The notes under the pieces are model-generated. The model was given only the letters and a program-made list of their open reading frames with translations. It was not told the DNA's origin and did not search any database. DNA of 64,000 bases, taken from a virus. A program made the position numbers and the translations under genes. The DNA is taken from positions 1-64,000 of the IMG/VR virus record IMGVR_UViG_3300025280_000026. One strand, 5' to 3'. This document shows positions 1 through 9,978 of this stretch, in pieces (position 1 is the first letter of the stretch; each line of letters opens with the position of its first letter).

Positions 1-132
1 AACCAGGCCCAAACTCCGTCGGCCGGCCCGTCGCAACAACTCAGAACACCACGCACCGAAATGGCGACCCCAAGCCCAGGAACTGGCCCGGGTACCAGGA
101 ATGGTGGTACTACCGGTAGAGGTGGCTACTAA
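1..132 (+). CDS. 3' end of an upstream gene (partial), Pro/Gly/Thr-rich tail ending ...GRGGY
   Basis: Frame 1 is open from base 1 to TAA 130-132, which overlaps the next ATG (TAATG coupling). Confidence 0.7.
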   Translation, partial: NQAQTPSAGPSQQLRTPRTEMATPSPGTGPGTRNGGTTGRGGY

Positions 133-3100
133 TGTCAATTGAAAAACTGTATATAAATACACACTTTATAACAAAGAATAAACAAACCCCGACCCGCGTG
201 GATCTCCTTGCGAAGCATCGTGGTTATTTTTATAACTTGGAAGGAGGCATGCAAGGTGGCCAAGGTACTACGGAATTCAATGAAAAAGGAATTACCGTTT
301 CTTTTGGAACACCAACAGAAGTAGGTGCTAACGCTTATGGAGGCTGCTTCGAGTTCAATGACATTTATAGATCATATCCAGTTTTTATAAGGTCCAGTGA
401 TGTTACAACAAAAGATCCAATTCAGGGCGCCCCCGATGGCCCGCCTAGAGACAAAGCCGGCAGGACATTAGGAATGTGGACCAAGCTTTTGTTTGGCACC
501 GGGCCAGATGGAACAGATCCTTTGATTCCGGTGATGCTCGCCGGCGGTACAGAACTAATACCATTTGGCCAAGATGGTTTATTAACAAAAGCGTTTTTTA
601 ATACAAGGTATTATGATTATTCTTTTAAGCAAATGATACCAACAAGTCCACAAATGGCGGTACAAGGCGCAAACGGCATGGGCAGCGTCTTGAACCAGTT
701 CTCGCCCTCTCACCAGCTTGCCTCATCATACTCTTATTACGTAGAAGAATACGAAGACTATGTGGCGAATACAGAAATTGGTGAGATTTCTTTACCATAC
801 ATATATAATTTTATTGATGAAATTCATAATTCTAACTTAGATAATCCCTTTTCCTCCTTAGAACAAACAAAGACATTCTTTTGGAATGATCCAAAATGTA
901 ATATGTTTTTGGGAGGGAGCAACACCCCAGTTATTCTTTTCAATGACGCGGGTACTACTACACCATTCGCGCTAAACCTCCCCAGCAATGGATTCGGGCT
1001 CGATCCCCAGGTAGTTGATTTCGCGCCTTCTATAAGCGAACCGTTTAGAGATATAGCACAATTCCAACAAAAAATGTTAGGCGCTAAACTGGACAATATC
1101 GATACTTTATACGAAGGTCAATATAACAAAAATATAACTCCTAGATTGCAAGAATATTTTAAAAAATGGGCCCTTGAGGCTTCATTGCCATCAGTTCCAG
1201 TAGTAAAAGAGGGAGAGGAGTCTCTTGAAGCGCAGTTCGGAGGTTCTGAAGAATATTTATACACAATTGAAAGAGCAAAAAATATTAGAAAACTTCTTGA
1301 ATATAAATATAAAAATATCTTTTTTAGACAATCAGAACTAATGGATTATAATAATACCAAAGACTTGTTTCCAATGGCCACCAGAATTAGCGTTGATAAC
1401 ATACCCAATATTAATTCTGATGATGGTTGGCTCAGGGTATCCACAGCAAATAATAGTTTCCGAGGTTTGTTAAAGTCCTGGAAGTTTTATGAAAACGTTT
1501 TTGAAAAATTGGCCGATACAACAGCACAACCTTTTTTAAAGGCTTTCATCGGCGGAAAAGCTCAAACCGAGGAAGGGTATGATTCAGAATATTTATATCC
1601 TCGCACTTTAGACGAAGAAGACGATTCCTTTGATGGAAGAACAAAATTTACTACAGTAAAAATTAATAATGAAACAGGTAAAACAACCGCGGAACTGCCT
1701 TCAAATGTTAAAATGCTTGATTTCAAAGAATTTATTAAAGAGTTGAAAGATCCTGATGGAGATTATGTTTATAAAGAAGAAGGTGGTTTTGACGTAGGTG
1801 CTGAAAACCACAAATCAATCAGGTATGCAGCAGTCGGAATTAATAAAGAATTAGGCCAAGGAGACGGTTATGTTGAAGGTTCTATACAAGATCCGGTAGA
1901 ACAAGGCGGCGGGCCCGCGCCGCTATTGGCTGACTATTTTTCGCAAGACATATATGATTTTGTTCATACAATTTTTGATGTTTCAGTGATGGACGTGCAG
2001 TGGCCAGACGGCTCCGGCGGAGCCGGCTCCGGCACCGAGGATCCCCATATGTTCTTTAAAGCATATAGTGAAATTTTAGGCATTAGAGTATCGAAGCACG
2101 AAATAGATGAAACAACCGGAGAACCAAAAGCACAACCAATACAAAATATATATTTCCCAAACAGTTCTTTAGTTGATTATAACGCACAAACTGAACAAAA
2201 AATGTTTCCAACATGGGAAATTGATTATCTGGATAGTCACGTAAAATATGGTAAAAAATATCATTATAAGACTCATCTGATAACAGCTGTTATTGGGAAG
2301 AGATACTTCTATAGAAATTTGACTGCACCACACCTGGATACTGATGGCGAAAAACAATATTTTCAAGCGACACTAGAGATGGTTGTTGAACCGTCTGTAG
2401 TTATAATGGAGGTACCTTATTCAACTATAGGAACAGTACCGGTTATAAGCCCACCACCGTTACCGCCGTCACCCGAATTCATTCCTAGTCAAGAAACTCC
2501 TGGAGTTGTAAAAATCTTGCTTTTGAACGACAATACCAGTGCCTACCGCTTTCCAATGCCTGTTGAAGATTACGATAAAGAATTTTATAGTTCTGTGATT
2601 TCTTCCCAAAATTTGACAGGCGACCATGCCGGAAAAATATTTTTTGCAAGCGATGAGGACGTCTCCGGATACAGAATTTATAGGTTGGATGAAAAACCTT
2701 TGGCGCTAACTGATTTTGCTGATTCTTATACATTTGTAAGTACTGATCTCGACGCCACTCACTACAATGATGTATTAAGTTTAAATACAAAATATTATTA
2801 CATGTTTAGAACAATTGATGGCCACGACGGGCCCTCAAATCCATCCCATATATATGAATTGGAACTGGTATCTCTAGCCGACGGTGTTACTAATATAGCT
2901 GTTTACCCCGTAATTAAAGTCTATACAATCAGCGAGTTTTTTAAACCAGAAGCCTTTCCAAACAAAAGAACGTTCAGAAGATATATTCATATTAAACCTT
3001 CTAAAAATCAATCTCAAATTTCTAACCTTGAAAAATTATTATCTGATGACGCTTACAAATTATCCATAGAAGATCCAGACACAGGAGAAATTACAAAAGA

Positions 3101-3380
3101 ATTCTCAGATGAATGGAATAAATATTCTGAAAATTATACAATTAAAAAGACAGAGTTCCCGACTTTCGGCGCTGCGTCCCCCGAAGGAAGATATATCATT
3201 GGTTCAAAAATAGGCCACGGTGTTTCTACACTTAAAAATAGAAAAATTAAAATTAGATTAACATCTAAACAGACAGGGCGTAAAATGGACTTGAATTTAA
3301 ATTTTAAACATACACACTTTCCGTATGATCCAAAACATCCGGATAAAAATGAAAATGTGCCCGATCAAGAGGATATTTAA
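132..3380 (+). CDS. Large hypothetical virion/baseplate-associated protein with FN3-like C-terminal region
   Basis: 1082 aa ORF; PPLPP linker then GYRIYR...LNTKYYYMFRTID..G.SNPS (FN3-like pattern); next to structural genes. Confidence 0.5.
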   Translation: MSIEKLYINTHFITKNKQTPTRVDLLAKHRGYFYNLEGGMQGGQGTTEFNEKGITVSFGTPTEVGANAYGGCFEFNDIYRSYPVFIRSSDVTTKDPIQGAPDGPPRDKAGRTLGMWTKLLFGTGPDGTDPLIPVMLAGGTELIPFGQDGLLTKAFFNTRYYDYSFKQMIPTSPQMAVQGANGMGSVLNQFSPSHQLASSYSYYVEEYEDYVANTEIGEISLPYIYNFIDEIHNSNLDNPFSSLEQTKTFFWNDPKCNMFLGGSNTPVILFNDAGTTTPFALNLPSNGFGLDPQVVDFAPSISEPFRDIAQFQQKMLGAKLDNIDTLYEGQYNKNITPRLQEYFKKWALEASLPSVPVVKEGEESLEAQFGGSEEYLYTIERAKNIRKLLEYKYKNIFFRQSELMDYNNTKDLFPMATRISVDNIPNINSDDGWLRVSTANNSFRGLLKSWKFYENVFEKLADTTAQPFLKAFIGGKAQTEEGYDSEYLYPRTLDEEDDSFDGRTKFTTVKINNETGKTTAELPSNVKMLDFKEFIKELKDPDGDYVYKEEGGFDVGAENHKSIRYAAVGINKELGQGDGYVEGSIQDPVEQGGGPAPLLADYFSQDIYDFVHTIFDVSVMDVQWPDGSGGAGSGTEDPHMFFKAYSEILGIRVSKHEIDETTGEPKAQPIQNIYFPNSSLVDYNAQTEQKMFPTWEIDYLDSHVKYGKKYHYKTHLITAVIGKRYFYRNLTAPHLDTDGEKQYFQATLEMVVEPSVVIMEVPYSTIGTVPVISPPPLPPSPEFIPSQETPGVVKILLLNDNTSAYRFPMPVEDYDKEFYSSVISSQNLTGDHAGKIFFASDEDVSGYRIYRLDEKPLALTDFADSYTFVSTDLDATHYNDVLSLNTKYYYMFRTIDGHDGPSNPSHIYELELVSLADGVTNIAVYPVIKVYTISEFFKPEAFPNKRTFRRYIHIKPSKNQSQISNLEKLLSDDAYKLSIEDPDTGEITKEFSDEWNKYSENYTIKKTEFPTFGAASPEGRYIIGSKIGHGVSTLKNRKIKIRLTSKQTGRKMDLNLNFKHTHFPYDPKHPDKNENVPDQEDI

Positions 3381-3410
3381 TCAAAATGGTTGGTAACGTT
3401 TCGGATACAC

Positions 3411-3448
3411 ACTATTTATAAATACAAATAAATATTTGAAACTAATTA
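3411..3448 (+). promoter_or_regulatory. Putative late promoters: ACTATTTA 3411-3418, overlapping T4-type TATAAATA 3417-3424, and ACTAATTA 3441-3448
   Basis: Motif recurs upstream of many structural genes; followed by SD AGGAG. Confidence 0.6.
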
Positions 3449-3475
3449 ATAATTAGCGAATACAGGAGTTAAATA

Positions 3476-4471
3476 ATGGCGTTCTTAGACAATTCTGGTG
3501 ATATAATTTTAGATGCCGTGCTGACCGATGCAGGAAGGCTGGCATTAGCAAGAGGCGACGGCACATTCAAAATTGTATCCTTTGCACTAGCCGATGACGA
3601 GATCGATTATGGTCTTTACAACAAAAACCATCCAAGTGGTTCTGCTTACTATGATTTGGAGGTTTTGCAGACTCCTGTGTTAGAGGCTGTAACTAATAAC
3701 TCTGTCAGCTTAAAATCAAAGCTGGTTTCGTATTCTGACCCAAATATACTTTACATGCCAGTTCTTAAAACAAATACTGTTGCCGATGGAAAGAACACAA
3801 AACTGTCGACAGATACTGCAGCCACAGGATTATATGTAATTGCAGTTGATCAAACAACGATGAACAAAATTGGCACAGTTAATGCCCAACCGGGTGTCTT
3901 AAATGGGGTGAACCCATCACGCCGCGCTTCGTACATTCGGATTGACCAAGGTCTAGATACAACTGAATTACCTAAAGACAGGAGACTGTCGCCAGACCAA
4001 CTTGAAACTCAGTACACTATTGAAATGGATAATAGATTAGGATTTCCTGTAAGTTTGAATGGAAACCAACGTCCCAACCTGAGATTTATCGATGATGATA
4101 ATATTGCGACGTATCTTTTATCTAGTACTAGAGACCGCGGAGGCACTCTCTCCTCCACCGGTGGCTTTGTTAGCGATGTTTTAGGACAGTCCCGAGAAGA
4201 AATCTTGACTCAAGCTACAGACACAGAGAGTGTATTGGCCGGCCCACCGGGATCTAAAATACAATTTAAAATGGCTACGACAATCGACTTACAATCAGAT
4301 ACAAATTACTTTTTGTTTAAAAGGCTAGGAAGTACTAGTACTTTTACTGATTCCGCTGGAGTGACATTTAATATAAGATTTATTGACACGTTAATTAGAG
4401 TAACCGCCCTAACAACTGGTTATTCGATTGATGTGCCGGTAAGGTTTATTAAATATGACTCTTCGCTTTAA
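3476..4471 (+). CDS. Conserved virion structural protein (baseplate/tail-associated)
   Basis: N-terminus MAFLDNSGDIILDAVLTDAGR..LARGDG.FKI..FALADDEIDY resembles a conserved large-phage structural family; SD AGGAG. Confidence 0.6.
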   Translation: MAFLDNSGDIILDAVLTDAGRLALARGDGTFKIVSFALADDEIDYGLYNKNHPSGSAYYDLEVLQTPVLEAVTNNSVSLKSKLVSYSDPNILYMPVLKTNTVADGKNTKLSTDTAATGLYVIAVDQTTMNKIGTVNAQPGVLNGVNPSRRASYIRIDQGLDTTELPKDRRLSPDQLETQYTIEMDNRLGFPVSLNGNQRPNLRFIDDDNIATYLLSSTRDRGGTLSSTGGFVSDVLGQSREEILTQATDTESVLAGPPGSKIQFKMATTIDLQSDTNYFLFKRLGSTSTFTDSAGVTFNIRFIDTLIRVTALTTGYSIDVPVRFIKYDSSL

Positions 4472-4495
4472 AATAAATGAAAATGGAGAATAAAG

Positions 4496-5671
4496 ATGGC
4501 ATCTACTTATAAAACTTTTGGAAATGGAGATATCCAAAATACGAGAACACTGTTACACGAATCAATTCCGATTACTGGTTCCATAACATCGGGTACATAT
4601 TTACCAAGTTACCCAGTGGAAGGGAATATCAAGAACTACTCCCACAATATGTTTCAATCTGTATATGATTATCCATATTTAAGTTCTTCGGCAAATCATA
4701 TATTTGATATATCATTAGGCTACTCTTCACAATCTCCAGTTTCATCTTCCAGCAACAAACATAACGCGAAGAAAATTAACATTTATAATACTTTTGCTCA
4801 ACAACTAGTTGGCTATGAGGCGACCGGTTCTTCGAAGAAAATCAAAAGATTTGATAAGGACGGAGATGAAACAACGACAACAGATAAAATTGATGAAGCT
4901 TACTTCCTTACATTCTCACGACTGTTAACAAAAGATGAGATTAAGAAAGGATCTTTTAAATTAGATCTTGGAGTAAGTGGTAATTTTTGGAAGCCATTCC
5001 GCAAAGCTAGAATTCGAATTGATGATGCACACGCCGCCGGCGCCGATGGAAATTTTAAAATTAATTCACCGGCCGGTGAATATGCAATTCTAAAAGCACG
5101 TAATCTTACGACGAATGATGGCGGGGCAGGAGGCCCCATCAATCATAATTCTGGCAACTCTGATAAGAACGGAGTTAGCGTTGGTTTGATTTATTATCAA
5201 GCCGGTATCGTTGTACTCACAGCCTCTATTTTCCAAGCCGCCGGCCTAGGTCTTTTGAGCGCATCTGTTGCCGATGCCTCGGTTGGACCCAACCTGGTTG
5301 CTTCGGGTACTGCCGCTAACGCAGGTCCACATATGAAAGCACACCTCACCGGCACCACAATATCCGGCGCCTCAGATGCTTTCCGAAACAGGTTATATAA
5401 CGTTCAGTTTAATAACACTACAGAGTTACATTCAACTCTTTATTTCTGTCGTGTTAACAATACTGATTTTAATTATAGTACAAATCCAACATATGTATCT
5501 TCAAGTAAAGTCGTTGTTAAGGAAGCCGCTTTAGATCAATCAGTATCTTATATTACGTCCGTTGGTCTTTACGGAGCTAATAATGAATTGCTAGCGGTTG
5601 GCAAGCTCTCGGAACCCCTTAAAAAGACTCCTAATAATGAACTGACTTTAAGAGTAAGATTAGATTATTAA
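4496..5671 (+). CDS. Virion structural protein (baseplate wedge/fibre-attachment-like)
   Basis: C-terminal YITSVGLY..NNELLAVGKLSEPLKK...LRVRLDY; paralogous to the next gene. Confidence 0.55.
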   Translation: MASTYKTFGNGDIQNTRTLLHESIPITGSITSGTYLPSYPVEGNIKNYSHNMFQSVYDYPYLSSSANHIFDISLGYSSQSPVSSSSNKHNAKKINIYNTFAQQLVGYEATGSSKKIKRFDKDGDETTTTDKIDEAYFLTFSRLLTKDEIKKGSFKLDLGVSGNFWKPFRKARIRIDDAHAAGADGNFKINSPAGEYAILKARNLTTNDGGAGGPINHNSGNSDKNGVSVGLIYYQAGIVVLTASIFQAAGLGLLSASVADASVGPNLVASGTAANAGPHMKAHLTGTTISGASDAFRNRLYNVQFNNTTELHSTLYFCRVNNTDFNYSTNPTYVSSSKVVVKEAALDQSVSYITSVGLYGANNELLAVGKLSEPLKKTPNNELTLRVRLDY

Positions 5672-5692
5672 AAGAAGAAGAAGAATGAAAAC

Positions 5693-7372
5693 ATGCCTTT
5701 CTACAAATTTGAAAAAAATGATAAATTCTTTAATATAGTCAAAGCTTATCCTAAAAATACATTTTCTGTTTGGAGCGGCTCTGTTTTCTACAATAATCAA
5801 AGCTCTTCAGTCCCACGCCGCGGCGCCATAGCCGACGGTGTAACCGGCGTGGATCCAGATCAAAAAAGTGGTTATCTTAATTTGTTTGAGGCCAATGTGA
5901 ACAGAAGATACGGCCAGGGAACACAAGATAATGGCACTGATATATCACTAATCACGCCGTTCCGGATTAAAGACGTTGGCGATTTAACTTCATTTAAAAA
6001 CATTGGCCAAGATAAATATTTTGCCGATTATGATCAAGGAGACACATTAGTTGGTTCGTACCCTTTAACTTCTAGCATTACGAGAATATTTTATAATTAT
6101 GCAGGAAATGATTATAAAAGTACTGGTGGCCACCTTTCGATCGATTTTCCTATTATAGGAGGGGATGGTGCAATAAGAGCTAATAAATTACCGAATGATA
6201 CTTACACGCAAGTTATTATGTCTGGCACTACCGACGGTCAAAAATTGAACTGGATCCTCGGACCCGGCGGCTGGACACTCGCCGGAAACTTTTATAAGAC
6301 AGTTTACAATGGAGCTGACGGCAAAGGCATAAAGAATATTTTCTTTTCTGGTTCGGTATGGTACGACAATGAAAAGAGTGTGCCCTTCGGCGGCCCTCCG
6401 TTGACGCCTGGTACACAACTAGTTTATGACTCAAAAGGTCGACGCCGCCGCTATTTAGAAGCGCTTAAAAATACATTAAATTATTATACATATTTGAGTC
6501 CTCATTATAAGTATGTTTCACACGTGCGTAAGGATGGAGAGAGAAATTTTGGTAAAGTTAGATTAAACATGATCAGCATACCTTCAATTTTTTATGGTTC
6601 TTCAATTAAAAAAGGATCTGTTTTTCTTAAATATTATATAACTGGCACTCTTGTTGGTGAGTTGGCGGATATTAAAAGAAATGGAGAACTTGTGCAAGTC
6701 GGCCCCACTGGTAGCACTGGAAGCGGTTCCATTGCAGGTGTCGCTCTTTATAATGAAGGTGTGTTGCTTCTTACGGCTAGCCACGATTTAAGTCATCCGA
6801 ACGGCCCACAACATACAGAAAAATATATTTCTGAAGGAGCAAAAGTTGCAGCTGATTATCCTAATTGGTTATACTGGGGTGCCTCCATGCGAGAGACCAC
6901 GATATATAATTCTGGTTCTGCCCCAACAGTCTTAGATGTTCGTGCAATGAGTGGTTCTTACGGCACGTGGCTAACACAACCAGTCTTTTGTCCTTCTTCT
7001 AGTTTCTCTTTGGAGTTCCAAGGAACCAACCACGTTAACACAATGACAATGTTTGCACACGCCCCCAAAGGCAAATTAAATCATTCGAATAATTTAACAT
7101 ACCTTGATTACGAAAGTAGTATAACAGGCAGTAGTCAATTCGGCCCAGAAACCAGCAAGAGAAGTTATGTTGAATATGAAAAAGTCAAGATCAAGAACAC
7201 AAGCAAAAGTCAATTTAAAAATTATGAGGAAGATTTTGAAAAACAGGTTTACATTTCTAAGATAGGTATATATGACAAAGATAAGAATTTAATTGGTATC
7301 GCAAAACTTGCCAACCCTATTAAAAAGAAAGAAGACAGGGATTTTACATTTAAATTAAAGCTTGATATTTGA
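5693..7372 (+). CDS. Virion structural protein, paralog of 4496..5671
   Basis: Shared SIKKGS..L, G...Y..G...LTAS and YISKIGIYD..KNLIGIAKLANPIKK...FKLKLDI motifs. Confidence 0.55.
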   Translation: MPFYKFEKNDKFFNIVKAYPKNTFSVWSGSVFYNNQSSSVPRRGAIADGVTGVDPDQKSGYLNLFEANVNRRYGQGTQDNGTDISLITPFRIKDVGDLTSFKNIGQDKYFADYDQGDTLVGSYPLTSSITRIFYNYAGNDYKSTGGHLSIDFPIIGGDGAIRANKLPNDTYTQVIMSGTTDGQKLNWILGPGGWTLAGNFYKTVYNGADGKGIKNIFFSGSVWYDNEKSVPFGGPPLTPGTQLVYDSKGRRRRYLEALKNTLNYYTYLSPHYKYVSHVRKDGERNFGKVRLNMISIPSIFYGSSIKKGSVFLKYYITGTLVGELADIKRNGELVQVGPTGSTGSGSIAGVALYNEGVLLLTASHDLSHPNGPQHTEKYISEGAKVAADYPNWLYWGASMRETTIYNSGSAPTVLDVRAMSGSYGTWLTQPVFCPSSSFSLEFQGTNHVNTMTMFAHAPKGKLNHSNNLTYLDYESSITGSSQFGPETSKRSYVEYEKVKIKNTSKSQFKNYEEDFEKQVYISKIGIYDKDKNLIGIAKLANPIKKKEDRDFTFKLKLDI

Positions 7373-7384
7373 TATCATAATGAT

Positions 7385-7921
7385 ATGATTTTAGGACTAG
7401 ATGTAAGTACAAGTATAACTGGCGCAACAATACTTGACAAAGAAGGTAATGTTGTTTATAATGAAGCTTGGGATACAAGAAAATTTAAAAATTTCTTTAA
7501 GAAGGTAGAATATGTTAAAGAACACATTAGCCAGCTTTGTAACGGTGGCTACGGAATCAAAAGAGTATTTATCGAGCAATCTCTCCAATCTTTTAGGCCT
7601 GGATTCTCATCTGCAAAGACTCTTTCAACTCTTGCTCGTTTTAATGGGGTGGTGTCGTGGTTGGTATATGGAGTATTACAGATTGAGCCTGAATATATAG
7701 CAGCAACTAGCGCAAGAAAAACGTGTGGGATAACAGTTCCGAGAGGACAAAAAGGAAAACAGGTTGTAATACAATATGTACTTGACAATATCCCAGAGGT
7801 TGTTATAACTTATACGAAGAATAATAATATTAAGCCCGAATGTTTTGACAAAGCAGATAGTTGGGTAGTCGCTAGAGCAGGTTATAATACGTGTCAGAAG
7901 GAAGAAAAGTTGGCATCCTAA
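7385..7921 (+). CDS. ruvC: RuvC-like Holliday junction resolvase
   Basis: ILGLDVSTSITG start, VFIEQ, D.ADS..VA acidic catalytic pattern. Confidence 0.8.
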   Translation: MILGLDVSTSITGATILDKEGNVVYNEAWDTRKFKNFFKKVEYVKEHISQLCNGGYGIKRVFIEQSLQSFRPGFSSAKTLSTLARFNGVVSWLVYGVLQIEPEYIAATSARKTCGITVPRGQKGKQVVIQYVLDNIPEVVITYTKNNNIKPECFDKADSWVVARAGYNTCQKEEKLAS

Positions 7922-8835
7922 GAAAAGTCTTAGGTAATTTTTACAATTCAACTGAAGAGCTTCTTTTTTTCTGTCCAAAGTGCAATCACCACAAAAGAAA
8001 ACTATCGGTTAATGTTGGCAAAAATGTTTTCAAGTGTTGGATATGCGATTATCGTGGCATCTCAATACGTAAGCTAATTAGGAATCATGGTTCGTTTAAA
8101 GATCTTGCCGCGTGGTCTGAACTAACTAGTGAAGTTGACATATCATGTTTTAGTGCAGATCTTTTTAAAGAAGACCAGCCTTGGGAAGAACAGAAACTAG
8201 AGCTTCCAAAAGAATATATTTCCTTAGCTAATAGAAATTCATCGATGATTTCTCTAAGAGCAAGAAATTATTTGGCCAGCCGTGGTATTACAAAAAGAGA
8301 TTTTGTACGATGGAAGATTGGTTATTGTGAAACTGGTGAATACGGTGGACGTGTTATTGTTCCATCTTTTGGTAAAACTGGTTATGCAAATTATTTTATT
8401 GCCAGAACATTTATTGGTAATTGGAAGAAATATATGAACCCTCCAGCAAAACGAGATATTATCTTTAATGAGCTTTATTTAGATTTTGATAAAGATTTGG
8501 TTATTGTGGAAGGTGTTTTTGATGCCATCGTCTCCGGCCCTAATTCTATACCGATATTGGGATCAACGTTGCGAGAGAACTCTAAATTGTTCCAAGAGAT
8601 TGTTAAAAACGATTCAACAGTTTATATTGCTTTAGATCCAGATGCAGAGAAGAAAGCAGTATACCTAATTAAAAACCTTTTAAATTATGGTGTGGAAGTA
8701 CACAAAGTAAATATTGCTCCACACGGCGACGTCGGCGAAATGACAAGAAATGAATTTGAAAAGAGGAAAGAACAGTCTACGCTTGTGACTTCAGAGGACT
8801 ATTTACTTTTACATTTGAGTAGTCTTATGGGTTAA
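7891..8835 (+). CDS. dnaG: DNA primase (Zn finger + TOPRIM)
   Basis: CPKC...CWIC zinc ribbon; YFIAR, KYMNP, VEGVFDA, ALDPDA TOPRIM motifs; GTG start. Confidence 0.9.
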   Translation: MSEGRKVGILRKVLGNFYNSTEELLFFCPKCNHHKRKLSVNVGKNVFKCWICDYRGISIRKLIRNHGSFKDLAAWSELTSEVDISCFSADLFKEDQPWEEQKLELPKEYISLANRNSSMISLRARNYLASRGITKRDFVRWKIGYCETGEYGGRVIVPSFGKTGYANYFIARTFIGNWKKYMNPPAKRDIIFNELYLDFDKDLVIVEGVFDAIVSGPNSIPILGSTLRENSKLFQEIVKNDSTVYIALDPDAEKKAVYLIKNLLNYGVEVHKVNIAPHGDVGEMTRNEFEKRKEQSTLVTSEDYLLLHLSSLMG

Positions 8836-8900
8836 GTGTTTTAGGTTTTCTTCTTCGAAGAGACTATTTATTACTAGCAACATTTCATGGAGGAAATAAA

Positions 8901-8990
8901 ATGGAAAGTTTAGTTCAACTCGTTAAAAAGAATTGGTTACTTGTCGCCGCCGCGGCCCTCGTTCTCTTGGTAGTGCTTCGTAGCTGCTAA
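8901..8990 (+). CDS. 29-aa single-helix membrane peptide MESLVQLVKKNWLLVAAAALVLLVVLRSC (not in ORF track)
   Basis: GGAGG SD just upstream, ACTATTTA motif at 8863-8870, hydrophobic stretch. Confidence 0.65.
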   Translation: MESLVQLVKKNWLLVAAAALVLLVVLRSC

Positions 8991-9031
8991 TGCCTTATAA
9001 AGTAAAAGGCAAAAAGAAAAAAGGTTAAATT

Positions 9032-9532
9032 ATGCAAATTGAAAAATCTAGATTAAAACAAATTATCAAAGAAGAAATGGACCGCTTAGAAGAAACTTTT
9101 ATGGTTGAACATAGTTGTGCCAATCATGTTTATGAAGACAAGACTGGTCAGCGTGGTACAACATTAGCTCATACACTATGTGAAGATGGTACAGTAACTC
9201 ATTATGATGTAGAATTCGATGATGAAATCAAATTGAATCTTCCAGTTTCTGATTTAACAATTATTACAGAACGAGTCCACAGTCACGCTGCCAAAATGCC
9301 AATGCCTGGATCCGACGGTGGCCATGAAGGCAAAATGACTAAAGAACAGTTAATTAATATGGCCGAACAAGCTCAAAAGCTTTTAGCCATGATTGAAAAC
9401 GGCGAAGAACTCGAAGAATGGGTGCAGCTTAAAATTATTAAAGCTTCAGACTATATAAATTCAGTATATAATCACTTACATGGTGAAGAAGTATTACACA
9501 GCATGGAATCTGGTGGAGGATGCGCAGAATGA
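9032..9532 (+). CDS. Hypothetical (candidate internal head) protein with LKQIIKEE leader
   Basis: His/Cys domain (HSCANHV...THYDVEF) plus EGKM..QL...EWVQ.KI..A.DY domain recalled from T4-like phages. Confidence 0.55.
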   Translation: MQIEKSRLKQIIKEEMDRLEETFMVEHSCANHVYEDKTGQRGTTLAHTLCEDGTVTHYDVEFDDEIKLNLPVSDLTIITERVHSHAAKMPMPGSDGGHEGKMTKEQLINMAEQAQKLLAMIENGEELEEWVQLKIIKASDYINSVYNHLHGEEVLHSMESGGGCAE

Positions 9533-9915
9533 GAATAACGAAACAAAGACTTGTTGAATTGATTAACGAAGAAATAGAGAAAGATGCTTTAGAAACGTTA
9601 AATGAATATGGGCCTTATAGCTCAATTTCTCCAGGCGGCGGTACAAATCCTTATTTAAAGAGAGCTACGCACCCAGATCCTATAAATGATTTAAAAGCTT
9701 TGGAAGTCGGTCAGCTTGATGATATCGCAACTTCTGGCATGGACGGTTTGTTTAACAACGTTCAGATAGCTTCGCGAATTTTAGAAGACCTTCCATTCGA
9801 AGAAATCACAAATTCTAATGTAGCGGATACGTTAGTCCAGGCAGCAGAATCATTGCGTACTGCCCTGGACGCAATTGCAACAGATCGCGACCGCGAAGAA
9901 AAGGGATATATTTAG
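9529..9915 (+). CDS. Acidic hypothetical protein with MRITKQRLVELINEE leader
   Basis: Start moved from 9520 to 9529 (ATGA overlap; GGAGG 9 nt upstream). Confidence 0.6.
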   Translation: MRITKQRLVELINEEIEKDALETLNEYGPYSSISPGGGTNPYLKRATHPDPINDLKALEVGQLDDIATSGMDGLFNNVQIASRILEDLPFEEITNSNVADTLVQAAESLRTALDAIATDRDREEKGYI

Positions 9916-9978
9916 TTTACCTTCTAATAAATGTTATTATGTTTGTAACGACATGTTTATGTTAGGCAAGGGAAGTAG

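Noticed and set aside
152-159. T4 late box TATAAATA
   Set aside because: Inside a CDS just after its start with no nearby downstream gene; likely chance in AT-rich DNA
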